From: an uncultured Bacteroidota bacterium
GTDB lineage: Bacteria; Bacteroidota; Bacteroidia; Flavobacteriales; BACL11
DNA: 64,000 bases
Assembly (NCBI GenBank): GCA_902587125.1
Contig: CACIJW010000006.1
Location: 4,529-68,528 of the forward strand
Direction of reading: 5' to 3'
The notes beneath the pieces were generated by a model, which saw only the letters and a program-made list of their open reading frames with translations, was not told the DNA's origin and did no database searches. Positions 30,255 through 40,840 of this stretch are shown in pieces (the first letter of the stretch is position 1; every line of letters starts with the position of its first letter). Both the position numbers and the translations under genes were made by a program.

Positions 30255-30851
30255 GTGGAAATCATTCAGCTTGATATAGTAGCTATAAGGGCAAGTGATA
30301 CACAAAATAACGCTTATGTTCTTCTTTTAAAAGAACTGAGAGGTTCTCGACAATTGCCAGTTGTTATTGGCTGGTGTGAGGCAAGATCAATTGCAATTGC
30401 TCTTGACGGAACTGAAGAAAATGAGCGACCTCTCACACATGATCTCTTTAAGGTCATGACAAATGAGCATGACATCACTGTCACCAAAATAATTATCCAT
30501 AGTCTAAAAGATGGGGTTTTTCACTCTAGTTTTTACTGTAAAAGTCAAACTCACGGTGAAATAGAAATTGATGCAAGAACCTCAGACGCAATTGCATTAG
30601 CATTAAGGTTTTCTTGTCCAATTTTTACTTACGAAAAAATACTTGATAAAGCTGGTGTACTTGTAAGAAAGAATAAGAAATATGAAAATCAAAAAACCAC
30701 TGAAAGGACCGTTCAGAAGAAACAGGAGAAGACTTATGGAGAAATGAGACTTTCAGAACTAAAAAAATTACTTAAAAAAGCAATTGAATCTGAAAATTAT
30801 GAAAAAGCGTCTAAAATAAGAGATGAAATCAATAAAAGAGGTAATAATTAA
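30255..30851 (+). CDS. Bifunctional nuclease (DUF151) with C-terminal UVR domain
   Basis: LPVVIG..EA, RPLTHDL, IDARTSDAIALA and AIESENYEKASKIRD motifs. Confidence 0.9.
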   Translation: MEIIQLDIVAIRASDTQNNAYVLLLKELRGSRQLPVVIGWCEARSIAIALDGTEENERPLTHDLFKVMTNEHDITVTKIIIHSLKDGVFHSSFYCKSQTHGEIEIDARTSDAIALALRFSCPIFTYEKILDKAGVLVRKNKKYENQKTTERTVQKKQEKTYGEMRLSELKKLLKKAIESENYEKASKIRDEINKRGNN

Positions 30852-30852
30852 A

Positions 30853-32508
30853 ATGAGATTCTGTTTTTTTCTTGTATTTGCTCTTAGCTTCACAAAAATT
30901 TCTGCTGATGAAAATATATTTGGCTCATGGTCATTTGAAGCCATATTTCATGAAAAATCTAATAAAAACGAAAATTTAAAACCCATTGGACCAAAAGATT
31001 TTCTAAAAATTAATTTAGATAATACGTTTGAATATAAAATTGATTCTCTGAAGCTAGAAGCAAAAGGAAACTTCACTATTGAGAATGATATTTTAGTACT
31101 AAATTATACAAGTCCAAAAGATACCACAAGATTATATAAACTTTCTATTCAAAAAGATAGAATGACATTAATTGAAGATGACATAATATTTGAATTCAAA
31201 AAAATTCAAAAAAATTGGATAAATGATATTTTAAGGGGAATTTTAGGATTAGCTAGTCTTGTACTCTTATTATTTGCCTTTAGCAGAAACAAGGGATCTG
31301 TAAAATGGGGATTAGTTTTTAAGGGCATAATAATTCAAATACTTTTTGCTATATGTATACTGAAGGTACCAGTGATAATGAATATTTTTGAATATGTAAG
31401 CAAAACTTTTGTTGTTATCTTGAATTTTACTGAACAGGGTTCATTGTTTTTATTTGGTAGTTTAATTTCGGATACAGAATCATTTGGATATATTTTTGCA
31501 TTTCAAGTATTACCTACAATCATATTTTTTTCATCACTAACAAGTGTTTTATTTTACTATGGGATTTTACAAAAAGTTGTTTTATTTTTCGCAAAATGGA
31601 TGAAAAAATTTTTCAACTTGTCTGGGTCAGAAAGTTTAACTGCGGTAGGAAATATTTTTTTAGGACAAACAGAATCTCCATTACTGGTTAAACCATACAT
31701 AAAGAATATGACCACATCAGAACTTTTGTGTTTAATGAGTGGAGGAATGGCAACTATTGCAGGTGGTGTGTTGGCTGCTTACATCGGATTTCTTGGTGGG
31801 TCAGACATTGATTCTCAAATATTTTTTGCAAAGCATCTAATTGCAGCCTCAGTCATGTCAGCTCCTGCAGCGATAGTCGCTTCTAAGATATTAATTCCTG
31901 AAACTAAAGAAATAAATCAAGGATTAGAAATCAATAATGAAGATTTAGGCACAAATGTTTTAGAAGCAATAAGTATTGGAACTAAACAGGGAATTAGTCT
32001 TGCTGTGAATGTAGGTGCAATGTTGTTAGTTTTTGTTGCTTTTATAAGTATGATAAATTATTTTCTTTCTGATTTTTTTGGAAATTTAACTGGTGCTAAT
32101 GAATTAATTGAAAATATTACTAATGGAAATTACTCTAGCTTGTCAATGGAATTTATATTTGGATATTTATTTGCTCCGCTTTCTTGGCTTATTGGTGTTT
32201 GCTACGAAGATATTTTATTAGTAGGTCAATTACTTGGTGAAAAGACAATATTAAATGAATTTGTAGCATACAAAACATTGGCTGATCTCAAAGAATCTAA
32301 TATGTTTTTTGAGCAAAAATCTCTGATAATAGTAACCTATATTCTTTGTGGTTTTGCAAATTTTGCATCAATAGGCATTCAAATAGGTGGAATTGGAGCA
32401 ATTGCACCAACAAGAACCAAAGATTTATCAAAATTGGGTATCTTAGCTTTAGTTGCTGGAACTGCTGCATGTTTATTTACAGCAACTATCGTTGGAATAA
32501 TAATCTAA
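30853..32508 (+). CDS. Concentrative nucleoside transporter (CNT/NupC) with extra N-terminal soluble domain
   Basis: FAFQVLPTIIFFS, GQTESPL, KTILNEFVAY and CGFANFASIGIQIGG motifs; about 120-aa N-terminal extension with signal peptide. Confidence 0.92.
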   Translation: MRFCFFLVFALSFTKISADENIFGSWSFEAIFHEKSNKNENLKPIGPKDFLKINLDNTFEYKIDSLKLEAKGNFTIENDILVLNYTSPKDTTRLYKLSIQKDRMTLIEDDIIFEFKKIQKNWINDILRGILGLASLVLLLFAFSRNKGSVKWGLVFKGIIIQILFAICILKVPVIMNIFEYVSKTFVVILNFTEQGSLFLFGSLISDTESFGYIFAFQVLPTIIFFSSLTSVLFYYGILQKVVLFFAKWMKKFFNLSGSESLTAVGNIFLGQTESPLLVKPYIKNMTTSELLCLMSGGMATIAGGVLAAYIGFLGGSDIDSQIFFAKHLIAASVMSAPAAIVASKILIPETKEINQGLEINNEDLGTNVLEAISIGTKQGISLAVNVGAMLLVFVAFISMINYFLSDFFGNLTGANELIENITNGNYSSLSMEFIFGYLFAPLSWLIGVCYEDILLVGQLLGEKTILNEFVAYKTLADLKESNMFFEQKSLIIVTYILCGFANFASIGIQIGGIGAIAPTRTKDLSKLGILALVAGTAACLFTATIVGIII

Positions 32509-32511
32509 ACT

Positions 32512-33306
32512 ATGAAACAATATCTTAACTTAATCGATAGGGTGATGAAAGAAGGTTCAGTGAAAAATGATCGAACAGGTACTGGCACAAAAAGTATTTT
32601 TGGACATCAAATGAGATTCGATTTATCTAAAGGATTTCCATGTGTCACAACTAAAAAGCTACATTTAAAATCAATAATACACGAACTATTATGGTTTTTA
32701 GCTGGAGATACAAACACAAAATATTTAAATGATAATGGTGTACGTATTTGGGACGAGTGGGCTGATGGTGATGGTAATTTAGGTAGCATTTACGGCTATC
32801 AGTGGAGAAGTTGGCCGTCTCCAGATGGTAATCATATTGATCAGATTTCACAAGTTATTAATGATATTAAATCAAATCCAAATAGCAGAAGATTAATTGT
32901 TAGTGCATGGAATGTCGGTGATATAAAAAATATGGCTTTGCCACCATGCCATGCTTTTTTTCAATTCTATGTGAATGAAAATAAATTATCTTGTCAGCTT
33001 TATCAAAGAAGTGCTGATATTTTTTTAGGGGTTCCATTTAATATTGCATCGTATTCACTACTAACAATGATGATAGCTCAAGTTTGTAATTTACAATATG
33101 GTGATTTTGTTCATACATTAGGAGATGCTCACATATACAAAAATCACTTTGAACAAGTTAAAACTCAACTTACAAGAAAGCCAAAGACTTTACCAAAAAT
33201 GATGATAAACCCTAAAATTAAAAATATTTTTGATTTTAAATTTGAGGATTTTTTTCTAGTAGATTATGATCCTCATCCTCACATAAAAGGAAAAGTTGCC
33301 ATATGA
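32512..33306 (+). CDS. thyA: Thymidylate synthase
   Basis: DRTGTG, ELLWFL, MALPPCH and YQRSAD.FLGVPFN motifs. Confidence 0.98.
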   Translation: MKQYLNLIDRVMKEGSVKNDRTGTGTKSIFGHQMRFDLSKGFPCVTTKKLHLKSIIHELLWFLAGDTNTKYLNDNGVRIWDEWADGDGNLGSIYGYQWRSWPSPDGNHIDQISQVINDIKSNPNSRRLIVSAWNVGDIKNMALPPCHAFFQFYVNENKLSCQLYQRSADIFLGVPFNIASYSLLTMMIAQVCNLQYGDFVHTLGDAHIYKNHFEQVKTQLTRKPKTLPKMMINPKIKNIFDFKFEDFFLVDYDPHPHIKGKVAI

Positions 33307-34412
33307 AAAAGAGAGTTACTGTGCTTGGCTCTGGACTGGTTGGCAGTGTTATAGCAAATGACTTATCAACTTTTTGTGATGTTACTTGCATTGATATCTC
33401 AGAAAAAAATCTTTCAAGAACGAACGATTCTATAACCAAAAAGCAATGTGACATTAGAGATAAATCCAATATTAGAGAGGCTATAAAAGATTGTGATATA
33501 GTAGTTGGGGCAGTACCTGGTTACATGGGTTTTAATACTTTAAAAGATGTGATTGATAAAGGAAAAAATATAGTAGATATTTCTTTTTTCTCTGAAGATC
33601 CTTTTGAGCTAGATGATTTAGCAAAAAAAAATAATGTTATAGCAATCACTGATTGCGGAGTTGCACCTGGCATGGGAAATATAATTTTTGGTTTTCATGA
33701 CAAGCTTATGCAAATTGATTCTTACGAATGTTATGTTGGAGGATTACCAGTGGAAAGGGAATGGCCATATGAATACAAAGCTGTTTTTTCCCCAATTGAC
33801 GTTATCGAGGAGTACACAAGGCCTGCTAGATTTGTTCAAAACTCAAAAATTATTACCAAAGAAGCTCTTTCAGAAACTGAACTCATGAATTTTAAAGGTG
33901 TAGGAACTCTTGAGAGTTGGAACTCAGATGGACTTAGAACTTTAATAAAAACCATGGCTCATGTGCCAAACATGATAGAAAAAACACTTCGCTATCCTGG
34001 CTGTATTGAATATATAAAAGTTCTCAGAGAAACTGGATTTTTTTCAAAAAAAGAAATAGAAGTAAATGGCATAAAAATTAAACCCGTTGATGTAACCGCA
34101 AAGCTTTTGTTTCCAATTTGGAAAATGAATGAGGAAGATAGGGATTTTACAGTTATGAAAATTATAATTAAAGGGGCAGAAAAAAATAATATCACAAGAC
34201 ATGAATATAATCTTTTTGATCAATTTCAAAATGATACACTTTCAATGGCTAGAACAACAGGATTTACATGTTCTGCAGCTGTTAAACTTATTTTAGAAAA
34301 AGAATACAAAAAAGTAGGAATATCTCCTCCTGAATTTTTAGGTGATCATATGCGTTTTTTTATGAACTACCTAAGTGCAAGAAATGTCAAATATAATTAT
34401 GAAAAAAAATGA
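33303..34412 (+). CDS. Saccharopine/lysine dehydrogenase family oxidoreductase
   Basis: GSGLVG Rossmann motif; DCGVAPG, YVGGLP, KTLRYPG and MARTTG motifs. Confidence 0.87.
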   Translation: MKKRVTVLGSGLVGSVIANDLSTFCDVTCIDISEKNLSRTNDSITKKQCDIRDKSNIREAIKDCDIVVGAVPGYMGFNTLKDVIDKGKNIVDISFFSEDPFELDDLAKKNNVIAITDCGVAPGMGNIIFGFHDKLMQIDSYECYVGGLPVEREWPYEYKAVFSPIDVIEEYTRPARFVQNSKIITKEALSETELMNFKGVGTLESWNSDGLRTLIKTMAHVPNMIEKTLRYPGCIEYIKVLRETGFFSKKEIEVNGIKIKPVDVTAKLLFPIWKMNEEDRDFTVMKIIIKGAEKNNITRHEYNLFDQFQNDTLSMARTTGFTCSAAVKLILEKEYKKVGISPPEFLGDHMRFFMNYLSARNVKYNYEKK

Positions 34413-34909
34413 TAGTATCAATTATTGTAGCTGCATCTGAAAATAATGTCATTGGAAACAATAATGATTTAATTTGGAGTTTTCCAAATGATATGAGCTT
34501 TTTCAAGCAGAAAACGTTAAACCATCATGTAATAATGGGAAGGAAAAATTTTGAGTCAATACCACATAAATTTAAGCCACTACCAAACAGGACTAATATT
34601 GTAATTACAAGAAACTTATCTTATGATGCTGAGGGTGCAGTAGTAGTTAATTCTCTTTCTCAAGCTATTGAATTCTCAAAAAAAGAAAAACAAAAAGAAA
34701 CTTTTGTAATTGGAGGTGGACAAATCTATGATCTTTCACTTAAAGAAAATCTCATAGACAGAATTTATCTAACCAGAATTCACAAATATTATGAGGGTGA
34801 TACATTTTTCCCAATACTAGATGAAGAATGGAAAGTGAAAGAAGAAAGAAAATTTTATTCAGATGAAAAACATGAATCTAATTATACATTTTTTACCTAT
34901 GAAAAATAA
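34409..34909 (+). CDS. folA: Dihydrofolate reductase
   Basis: IVAASENNVIG, IMGRK, PLPNR, IGGG and GDTFFP motifs. Confidence 0.96.
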   Translation: MIVSIIVAASENNVIGNNNDLIWSFPNDMSFFKQKTLNHHVIMGRKNFESIPHKFKPLPNRTNIVITRNLSYDAEGAVVVNSLSQAIEFSKKEKQKETFVIGGGQIYDLSLKENLIDRIYLTRIHKYYEGDTFFPILDEEWKVKEERKFYSDEKHESNYTFFTYEK

Positions 34910-35699
34910 TATTTTTTTTGATTTGAAATTCAACATCATTTTTTTGGGATATTTTCTTATTATTTCCTGTATTGATGATAAAGTGATTATGGTGCCAGAA
35001 CAAGAAATAACTCAAACCTCATCTGATTATATTAAATGCGAAGTTTATTTCAATAGTATTGTCTATGAAATTGAGAAAGGATTCTCAACTAATGTTAGTT
35101 CTAGAGCATTTCCTATATATATTAATTACAATCTAAATCCTTTAAATGAGGATACTTTAATTATTGATTACGGCAATTCAAACACTTTAATTAATGGTAA
35201 ATTTTTTAGAGGTAGAATAATTAATATTTACTCAGCTTCAGTGAATAACACAAACTTTAATTGCTCATCTAACTTTGATAATTTTTACTTAAATAATAAT
35301 TTAATTAATGGTACAATAACAATTGATAATAATGAGGGAGAGATTCAAATTATAAATGGTGAGGTTACAGATATCTCAGGAAAAATCAATTGGAACTCTA
35401 TACAAATAAGAACACAATCTCACGGACTTCAAACTGTCAATATTGAAGATGATAAATTTACTGTAAACTCCTTAACTACAGGAAATGGGAAAAACAATAT
35501 AAACTTTTCAACCAAATCAGACAGTTTAAAAATAAGATATGACTGTGTTGAAAGTTGCTTGGTTTATGATGGAATTTCTGTAATAAACGTTGAAATGGAT
35601 GATGTTTCAAAAAAAGATATAATTTTTGGTTCTCAAAGCTGTAGTTGTAATTACAACGTAATCATTAACGGAAATTCTTACCCTCTTTATTTAGATTAG
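34899..35699 (+). CDS. Hypothetical lipoprotein
   Basis: Lipobox-like FLIISC; Asn-rich beta sequence; start uncertain (34863, 34899 or TTG 34923). Confidence 0.55.
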   Translation: MKNNIFFDLKFNIIFLGYFLIISCIDDKVIMVPEQEITQTSSDYIKCEVYFNSIVYEIEKGFSTNVSSRAFPIYINYNLNPLNEDTLIIDYGNSNTLINGKFFRGRIINIYSASVNNTNFNCSSNFDNFYLNNNLINGTITIDNNEGEIQIINGEVTDISGKINWNSIQIRTQSHGLQTVNIEDDKFTVNSLTTGNGKNNINFSTKSDSLKIRYDCVESCLVYDGISVINVEMDDVSKKDIIFGSQSCSCNYNVIINGNSYPLYLD

Positions 35700-36928
35700 G
35701 CTGCTTTTTTTGAAAATTGAATTTCTTGCAGTTGTGATTTTGCAAATGACTTTGTAATTCTCAACTTATTATTTTTAACTCTTTTCGAGGGAGAAAACAT
35801 GTCATCCAAAAGAATTTTTTCACAAATTGACTTTAAGCCTCTGGCACCTAAGTTTAATTCAATTGCATTGTTAACAATTATTTCTATTACACTCTTATCT
35901 ATTATTAACTCTATATTATCAATACTAAACAATTTCTTGTATTGATTAATAATTGAGTTCTTTGGCTCAGTTAAAATCCTAGTGAGTGCTGATTTATCTA
36001 ATTTGTTCAAATGTGTTAGTACAGGAAGTCTACCAATAAGTTCTGGTATCAAGCCAAAATTCTTTAAATCGACAGGTGATATCTGCTCAATAACTGAATC
36101 TATTTTTGAGTAATCATATGAGCTTTTCTTAAATCCTATTGTTGATGTATTTAATCTACTGGAAATTCTTTTCTCAATTCCATCAAAAGCACCTCCGCAA
36201 ATAAACAAAATATTTTTTGTATCGAGAGCTATCATTTTTTGGTCAGGATGTTTTCTTCCACCTTGTGGAGGCACATTCACAATTGTTCCCTCAAGAAGTT
36301 TCAATAAGGCTTGTTGAACTCCCTCACCACTGACATCGCGTGTTATTGATGGATTATCACTTTTTCTTGCTATTTTATCAATTTCGTCAATAAAGACAAT
36401 TCCAAGAGCTGCCTTTTCTACATTATAGTCAGATGCTTGTAAAAGTCTTGTTAAAATACTTTCTACATCCTCTCCAACGTATCCAGCTTCAGTTAAAACT
36501 GTTGCATCTGCAATACAAAAAGGAACATCTAAAATCTTAGCTATTGTTTTAGCAAGTAATGTTTTTCCTATACCTGTTTCACCCACCATTATTATGTTAG
36601 ATTTTTCAATTTCAACATCTAGTGATGAATCATCTGGCTCTGCAAGAACAACTCTTTTGTAATGATTATAAACTGCAACTGATAATATTTTTTTTGCAGT
36701 ATCCTGACCAATCACATAGTCGTTTAAGTGATTAAAGATCTCTTTTGGCTTCTTAATATTTAAATTAAATTCCTTTTTTCTTTTATTTGATACATCCGCT
36801 TGAACAATCTGATGGGCTTTTTCAATACAAACTTCGCAGATATGTGCTCCATCTCCTGCGATTAATATTTCTGTTTGATTTTTATCTTTTTTACAAAAAG
36901 AACATGAAACACTTTTGTTCGAATTCAT
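35696..36928 (-). CDS. clpX: ATP-dependent Clp protease ATP-binding subunit ClpX
   Basis: C4 zinc finger, Walker [32 protein letters not shown] and IGF loops. Confidence 0.98.
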   Translation of the reverse strand: MNSNKSVSCSFCKKDKNQTEILIAGDGAHICEVCIEKAHQIVQADVSNKRKKEFNLNIKKPKEIFNHLNDYVIGQDTAKKILSVAVYNHYKRVVLAEPDDSSLDVEIEKSNIIMVGETGIGKTLLAKTIAKILDVPFCIADATVLTEAGYVGEDVESILTRLLQASDYNVEKAALGIVFIDEIDKIARKSDNPSITRDVSGEGVQQALLKLLEGTIVNVPPQGGRKHPDQKMIALDTKNILFICGGAFDGIEKRISSRLNTSTIGFKKSSYDYSKIDSVIEQISPVDLKNFGLIPELIGRLPVLTHLNKLDKSALTRILTEPKNSIINQYKKLFSIDNIELIIDKSVIEIIVNNAIELNLGARGLKSICEKILLDDMFSPSKRVKNNKLRITKSFAKSQLQEIQFSKKAA

Positions 36929-37602
36929 TATTTATTCTTCTGTAAAACTTCATCAATCATGCCATAATCTTTGGCTTCATCCGATTTCATCCAAAAATCT
37001 CTATCTCCGTCAGCCCAAACCTTATCAAATTTTTGACCAGTATGATTTGAAATAATCTCATAAAGTTCGGTTTTTAATTTCTTGATTTCATTGGCTGTTA
37101 TTTCGATATCAGATGCCTGACCGTGTGCTCCTCCTAATGGCTGATGTATCATCACTCTTGAATGTTTTAGCGCAGTACGCTTTCCTTTTTCTCCAGCACA
37201 AAGCAGAACAGCTCCCATAGAGGCAGCCATACCTGTACAGATTGTAGAAACATCACAATTTATATACTGCATGGTATCATATATACCAAGGCCAGCATAA
37301 ACACTTCCCCCTGGAGTATTTAAATAAATTAAGATATCTTTTTTTGCATCAACTGATTCTAAGAAAAGAAGTTGTGCTTGAATAATGTTAGCTACATAAT
37401 CATTTATTGGTACTCCAAGAAAAATAATTCTATCCATCATTAGTCTCGAGAAAACATCCATGGTAGCAATATTCATTTGTCTTTCCTCAATTATAGTTGG
37501 TGAAATATAATTTGAATAAACTGAGGTGAATTTATCTAGTGTTAAACTACTAATTCCTCTGTCTAGTTTTGCAAATTTTTTAAATTCTTTATTGTAATCC
37601 AT
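36928..37602 (-). CDS. clpP: Clp protease proteolytic subunit
   Basis: [18 protein letters not shown] and MIHQP motifs. Confidence 0.98.
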   Translation of the reverse strand: MDYNKEFKKFAKLDRGISSLTLDKFTSVYSNYISPTIIEERQMNIATMDVFSRLMMDRIIFLGVPINDYVANIIQAQLLFLESVDAKKDILIYLNTPGGSVYAGLGIYDTMQYINCDVSTICTGMAASMGAVLLCAGEKGKRTALKHSRVMIHQPLGGAHGQASDIEITANEIKKLKTELYEIISNHTGQKFDKVWADGDRDFWMKSDEAKDYGMIDEVLQKNK

Positions 37603-38960
37603 TATTTATTTTTTTCAGTTGCTAATTTAACAAAATCATCATAGCTGATTTTTTTTGACTTTAAAGTGAATGATTTCTTGTAATGATCAAGGGTTTTTTT
37701 ATCATATAGCTGGTCAATTATTTTCTTTTTTTCGTCTTCATTTTTCATTATGTTCTTACAGATATCTTTTAATTCATTGTCACTAATATCACTTCTGCCA
37801 TACTGCATCATCTGATTTTTAACAAGATTTTTAGCAAATGATTTTATTTCATTTTCATCTGCTTTCAGATTATTATCTTCAATAATTTTATTCTCAATAA
37901 TCTGCCACTTCAAACTTTTAGAATACATTTCATATTCTTTTTCTACATCTTCGCTTGAAATAGGATTCTTTGAGGATACTTGCAACCATCTTTTTAAAAA
38001 CTCGTCAGGTAAACTAATTTTAGTTTTTTTCATTAGATAAATTACAATATCATTTTTCAGCATTCTATCACTTTCTAGTTTGTAAGAAGTTCTTGCCTCC
38101 TCTTTTATTTTGTTTAAGAAATCTTTCTTTGTTTTTACATTATCCTTCCCATATAACTTATCGAATAAATCTTTATCTATCTTCGCAGGGGTTAGTCTTT
38201 TTATATCTTTTACCTCAAAAAGAAACAAGTCATTTTCTAATTTTTCTAATGATCCCTTATCAATATTAAGCATAGCAGAAAGGTCTGCCATATTTGTAAA
38301 TACTTTTTTCACATTTGCTTTGACTTTATCTTTTTGTTTTAGACTTATAAATTTGTTTTTTTCTTTTTCGGAATCAATATACTCGGTAGTTATTGATGCT
38401 TCATTTGTAATTCCATTTTTTATGATCTCACCATTACCATCTATCTGATTTATTTTACAAAATAAAACATCACCCTCCTTACTTAATTTATGACTTTCCA
38501 TTTTTCCATATCTTTTGGAAATATCATTTACATAATTATCAATGGTTTGCTTTTCGGGCTCAATCAAGAAAAAATCTAATTTATCTTTTTTGGAAATTAC
38601 AGCCTTTATTTCTGGATATATTCCAACCTCAAAAACAAAATTAAAATCAGACCCAATTTTCCATTCTATTTTATTTTCAATATTGGGAATCGGAGAGCCT
38701 AATGTTTTTACTTCATTTTCTTTTATATAATCATATAATTTATTTTGTACTAGTTTATTTACCTCTTCAACCATTATTGAGATACCGTATTTTTTCTCAA
38801 TAATTCCAGTTGGGACTTTTCCTTTTCTGAAACCTGGCAATAGCATATCTCTTTTATAGCTTTTTAATACTTTATGATAGCTATCAAAATAATCATCTTT
38901 TACTACTTTCACACTTAGTTCAAGTACTTTATCTTTTTTTTCTTTTGTTGTAATTTGCAT
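37602..38960 (-). CDS. tig: Trigger factor
   Basis: PGFRKGKVP ribosome-binding motif; lies upstream of clpP-clpX. Confidence 0.93.
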   Translation of the reverse strand: MQITTKEKKDKVLELSVKVVKDDYFDSYHKVLKSYKRDMLLPGFRKGKVPTGIIEKKYGISIMVEEVNKLVQNKLYDYIKENEVKTLGSPIPNIENKIEWKIGSDFNFVFEVGIYPEIKAVISKKDKLDFFLIEPEKQTIDNYVNDISKRYGKMESHKLSKEGDVLFCKINQIDGNGEIIKNGITNEASITTEYIDSEKEKNKFISLKQKDKVKANVKKVFTNMADLSAMLNIDKGSLEKLENDLFLFEVKDIKRLTPAKIDKDLFDKLYGKDNVKTKKDFLNKIKEEARTSYKLESDRMLKNDIVIYLMKKTKISLPDEFLKRWLQVSSKNPISSEDVEKEYEMYSKSLKWQIIENKIIEDNNLKADENEIKSFAKNLVKNQMMQYGRSDISDNELKDICKNIMKNEDEKKKIIDQLYDKKTLDHYKKSFTLKSKKISYDDFVKLATEKNK

Positions 38961-38979
38961 GTTTATTAACTGAGGTTTG

Positions 38980-39061
38980 TGCGGGTGAAGGGAGTCGAAC
39001 CCCCACGCCTTGCGGCACTAGATCCTAAATCTAGCATGTCTACCAATTCCATCACACCCGC
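38980..39061 (-). tRNA. tRNA-Leu (anticodon TAG)
   Basis: Reverse complement GCGGGTGTGATGGAATTGGTAGACATGCTAGATTTAGGATCTAG...GGTTCGACTCCCTTCACCCGCA; TATCTTTG promoter motif at 39073-39080 on minus strand. Confidence 0.95.
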
Positions 39062-39137
39062 AAAATAGGCTGCAAAGATATTATTTTTAATTTTCATAGA
39101 TTATAATATTATCATAAGATGTATATTTACAATAAAA

Positions 39138-39491
39138 ATGAGTTTTAGTATCAAAGGAAAATTATCCCAAAAATTAAGTATTGAATCAGGAGTTGCCAAG
39201 AGTGGCAATGAGTGGAAAAAACAATCATTTGTACTTGACACAGATGCTCAATATAATCCACTTATTTGCTTCCAACTTTTTGGAGAAGAAAAAATAAATT
39301 TATTGACTAATTTCAAAGAAGGTGAAATGATTGAAGTCTTTTTTAACCTATCATCAAAAGAATATAATGGAAGGTATTTCCACAATATAGATGCTTGGAA
39401 AATTCAACAAATAAACAATGAAATTTATGATGATGAGCCTCCACCTGTTTTTGAAAATGATTTAGACAAAGAGGATGACCTGCCCTTCTAA
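39138..39491 (+). CDS. DUF3127 family protein (OB-fold-like, SSB-like acidic tail)
   Basis: SGNEWKKQSFV, YNGRYFHNIDAWKI; ends EDDLPF. Confidence 0.85.
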   Translation: MSFSIKGKLSQKLSIESGVAKSGNEWKKQSFVLDTDAQYNPLICFQLFGEEKINLLTNFKEGEMIEVFFNLSSKEYNGRYFHNIDAWKIQQINNEIYDDEPPPVFENDLDKEDDLPF

Positions 39492-39493
39492 TA

Positions 39494-40840
39494 ATGAATA
39501 TCATTACTTCAGTAGAAAAGTTTTTTAAAAATTTTTTACCCTCCCCTTTTTCAATAGCAATATTACTAACATTACTAACTATTCTCTTTGCTTATTTAGC
39601 TCAAAGTAATGAGAGCTCCAACAGCATACTAGAAATTGTTCAGTTTTGGGAAAGAGGTATTTGGGATAAAGCACTAATGGTTTTTGCTTTGCAAATGATG
39701 TTAATGCTTGTACTGGGCTATTCCCTTGCACTATCCAAACCCATAGAAAATTTTATAAATTATTTTTTAAAATTTTGTGGTTCTAACTCCAGAGCTGCAC
39801 TAATTATAACCTTCCTAACTATACTAATTTCACTATTAAATTGGGGACTTGGATTAATATTTGGAGCTATTTTTGTAAAAAAAGTAGGGATCTACGCTTC
39901 CAAAAATAATATTAAAATAAATTACCCTTTTCTTGGTGCTTGTGGCTACAGTGGTTTAATGGTTTGGCATGGTGGACTTTCAGGTTCAGCACCCATTAAA
40001 ATTGCTGAGAAAGGTCATTTTTTAAGTGATAAAATTGGAGTTATAAGCCTTGAAGAAACTATATTCTCAGACCTAAATATTACAGTTTCAATTTTGTTAA
40101 TTTTTATTGTACCAACTTTAATGTATTTTCTTGCAAAGAAGATTAAAGTAGCTGAACATGTCATTTCTGTTGAAAATAAAACCTCTGAGAACACCAATAA
40201 TAAAACACTTTCAGAAAAAATTGATAATTCATTTATTTTCTCAAAAATCATCGGCACTCTATTACTTATTTATCTTTTTATAAAACACATATATATTACT
40301 GATGGTTCCTTCATAGCATCAATTAATCCTAATCTTATTAATCTTTGGTTATTATCATTTTGTATATTCTCACATAAAAATTTATCCAGTTTTATTAAAT
40401 CTGTTAATAAAGCAATCATCAGCGCAACTGGTATCCTCATTCAATTTCCTCTTTATTTTGGAATAATGGGAATTATGAAATACTCCGGACTGATTAATGT
40501 ATTATCAGATTTTTTCATTAGTATCTCAAGTGAAAACACTTTCCCAATCTTTACTTTTCTCAGTGCTGGTTTAGTAAATATTTTTGTACCAAGTGGAGGA
40601 GGTCAATGGGCAGTTCAAGGGCCTATAATTGTTGAAGCTGCAAATTATTTAAATTTAAGTATTTCAAAGAGTGTTATGGCACTAGCTTATGGAGATCAAA
40701 TAACAAACATGCTACAGCCTTTCTGGGCTTTGCCATTATTAGGAATAACAAAGATTAATGCAAAAGATTTACTACCGTATACGCTAATTTTACTTTTAAT
40801 TGGATCAGCAATTTTTATAACTTGTCTTTTGATATTTTAA
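39494..40840 (+). CDS. Short-chain fatty acid transporter (AtoE family)
   Basis: LPSPF, NWG, WHGGLSGSAP, QFPLYFGIMG, VPSGGGQW and NMLQPFWALP motifs. Confidence 0.9.
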   Translation: MNIITSVEKFFKNFLPSPFSIAILLTLLTILFAYLAQSNESSNSILEIVQFWERGIWDKALMVFALQMMLMLVLGYSLALSKPIENFINYFLKFCGSNSRAALIITFLTILISLLNWGLGLIFGAIFVKKVGIYASKNNIKINYPFLGACGYSGLMVWHGGLSGSAPIKIAEKGHFLSDKIGVISLEETIFSDLNITVSILLIFIVPTLMYFLAKKIKVAEHVISVENKTSENTNNKTLSEKIDNSFIFSKIIGTLLLIYLFIKHIYITDGSFIASINPNLINLWLLSFCIFSHKNLSSFIKSVNKAIISATGILIQFPLYFGIMGIMKYSGLINVLSDFFISISSENTFPIFTFLSAGLVNIFVPSGGGQWAVQGPIIVEAANYLNLSISKSVMALAYGDQITNMLQPFWALPLLGITKINAKDLLPYTLILLLIGSAIFITCLLIF

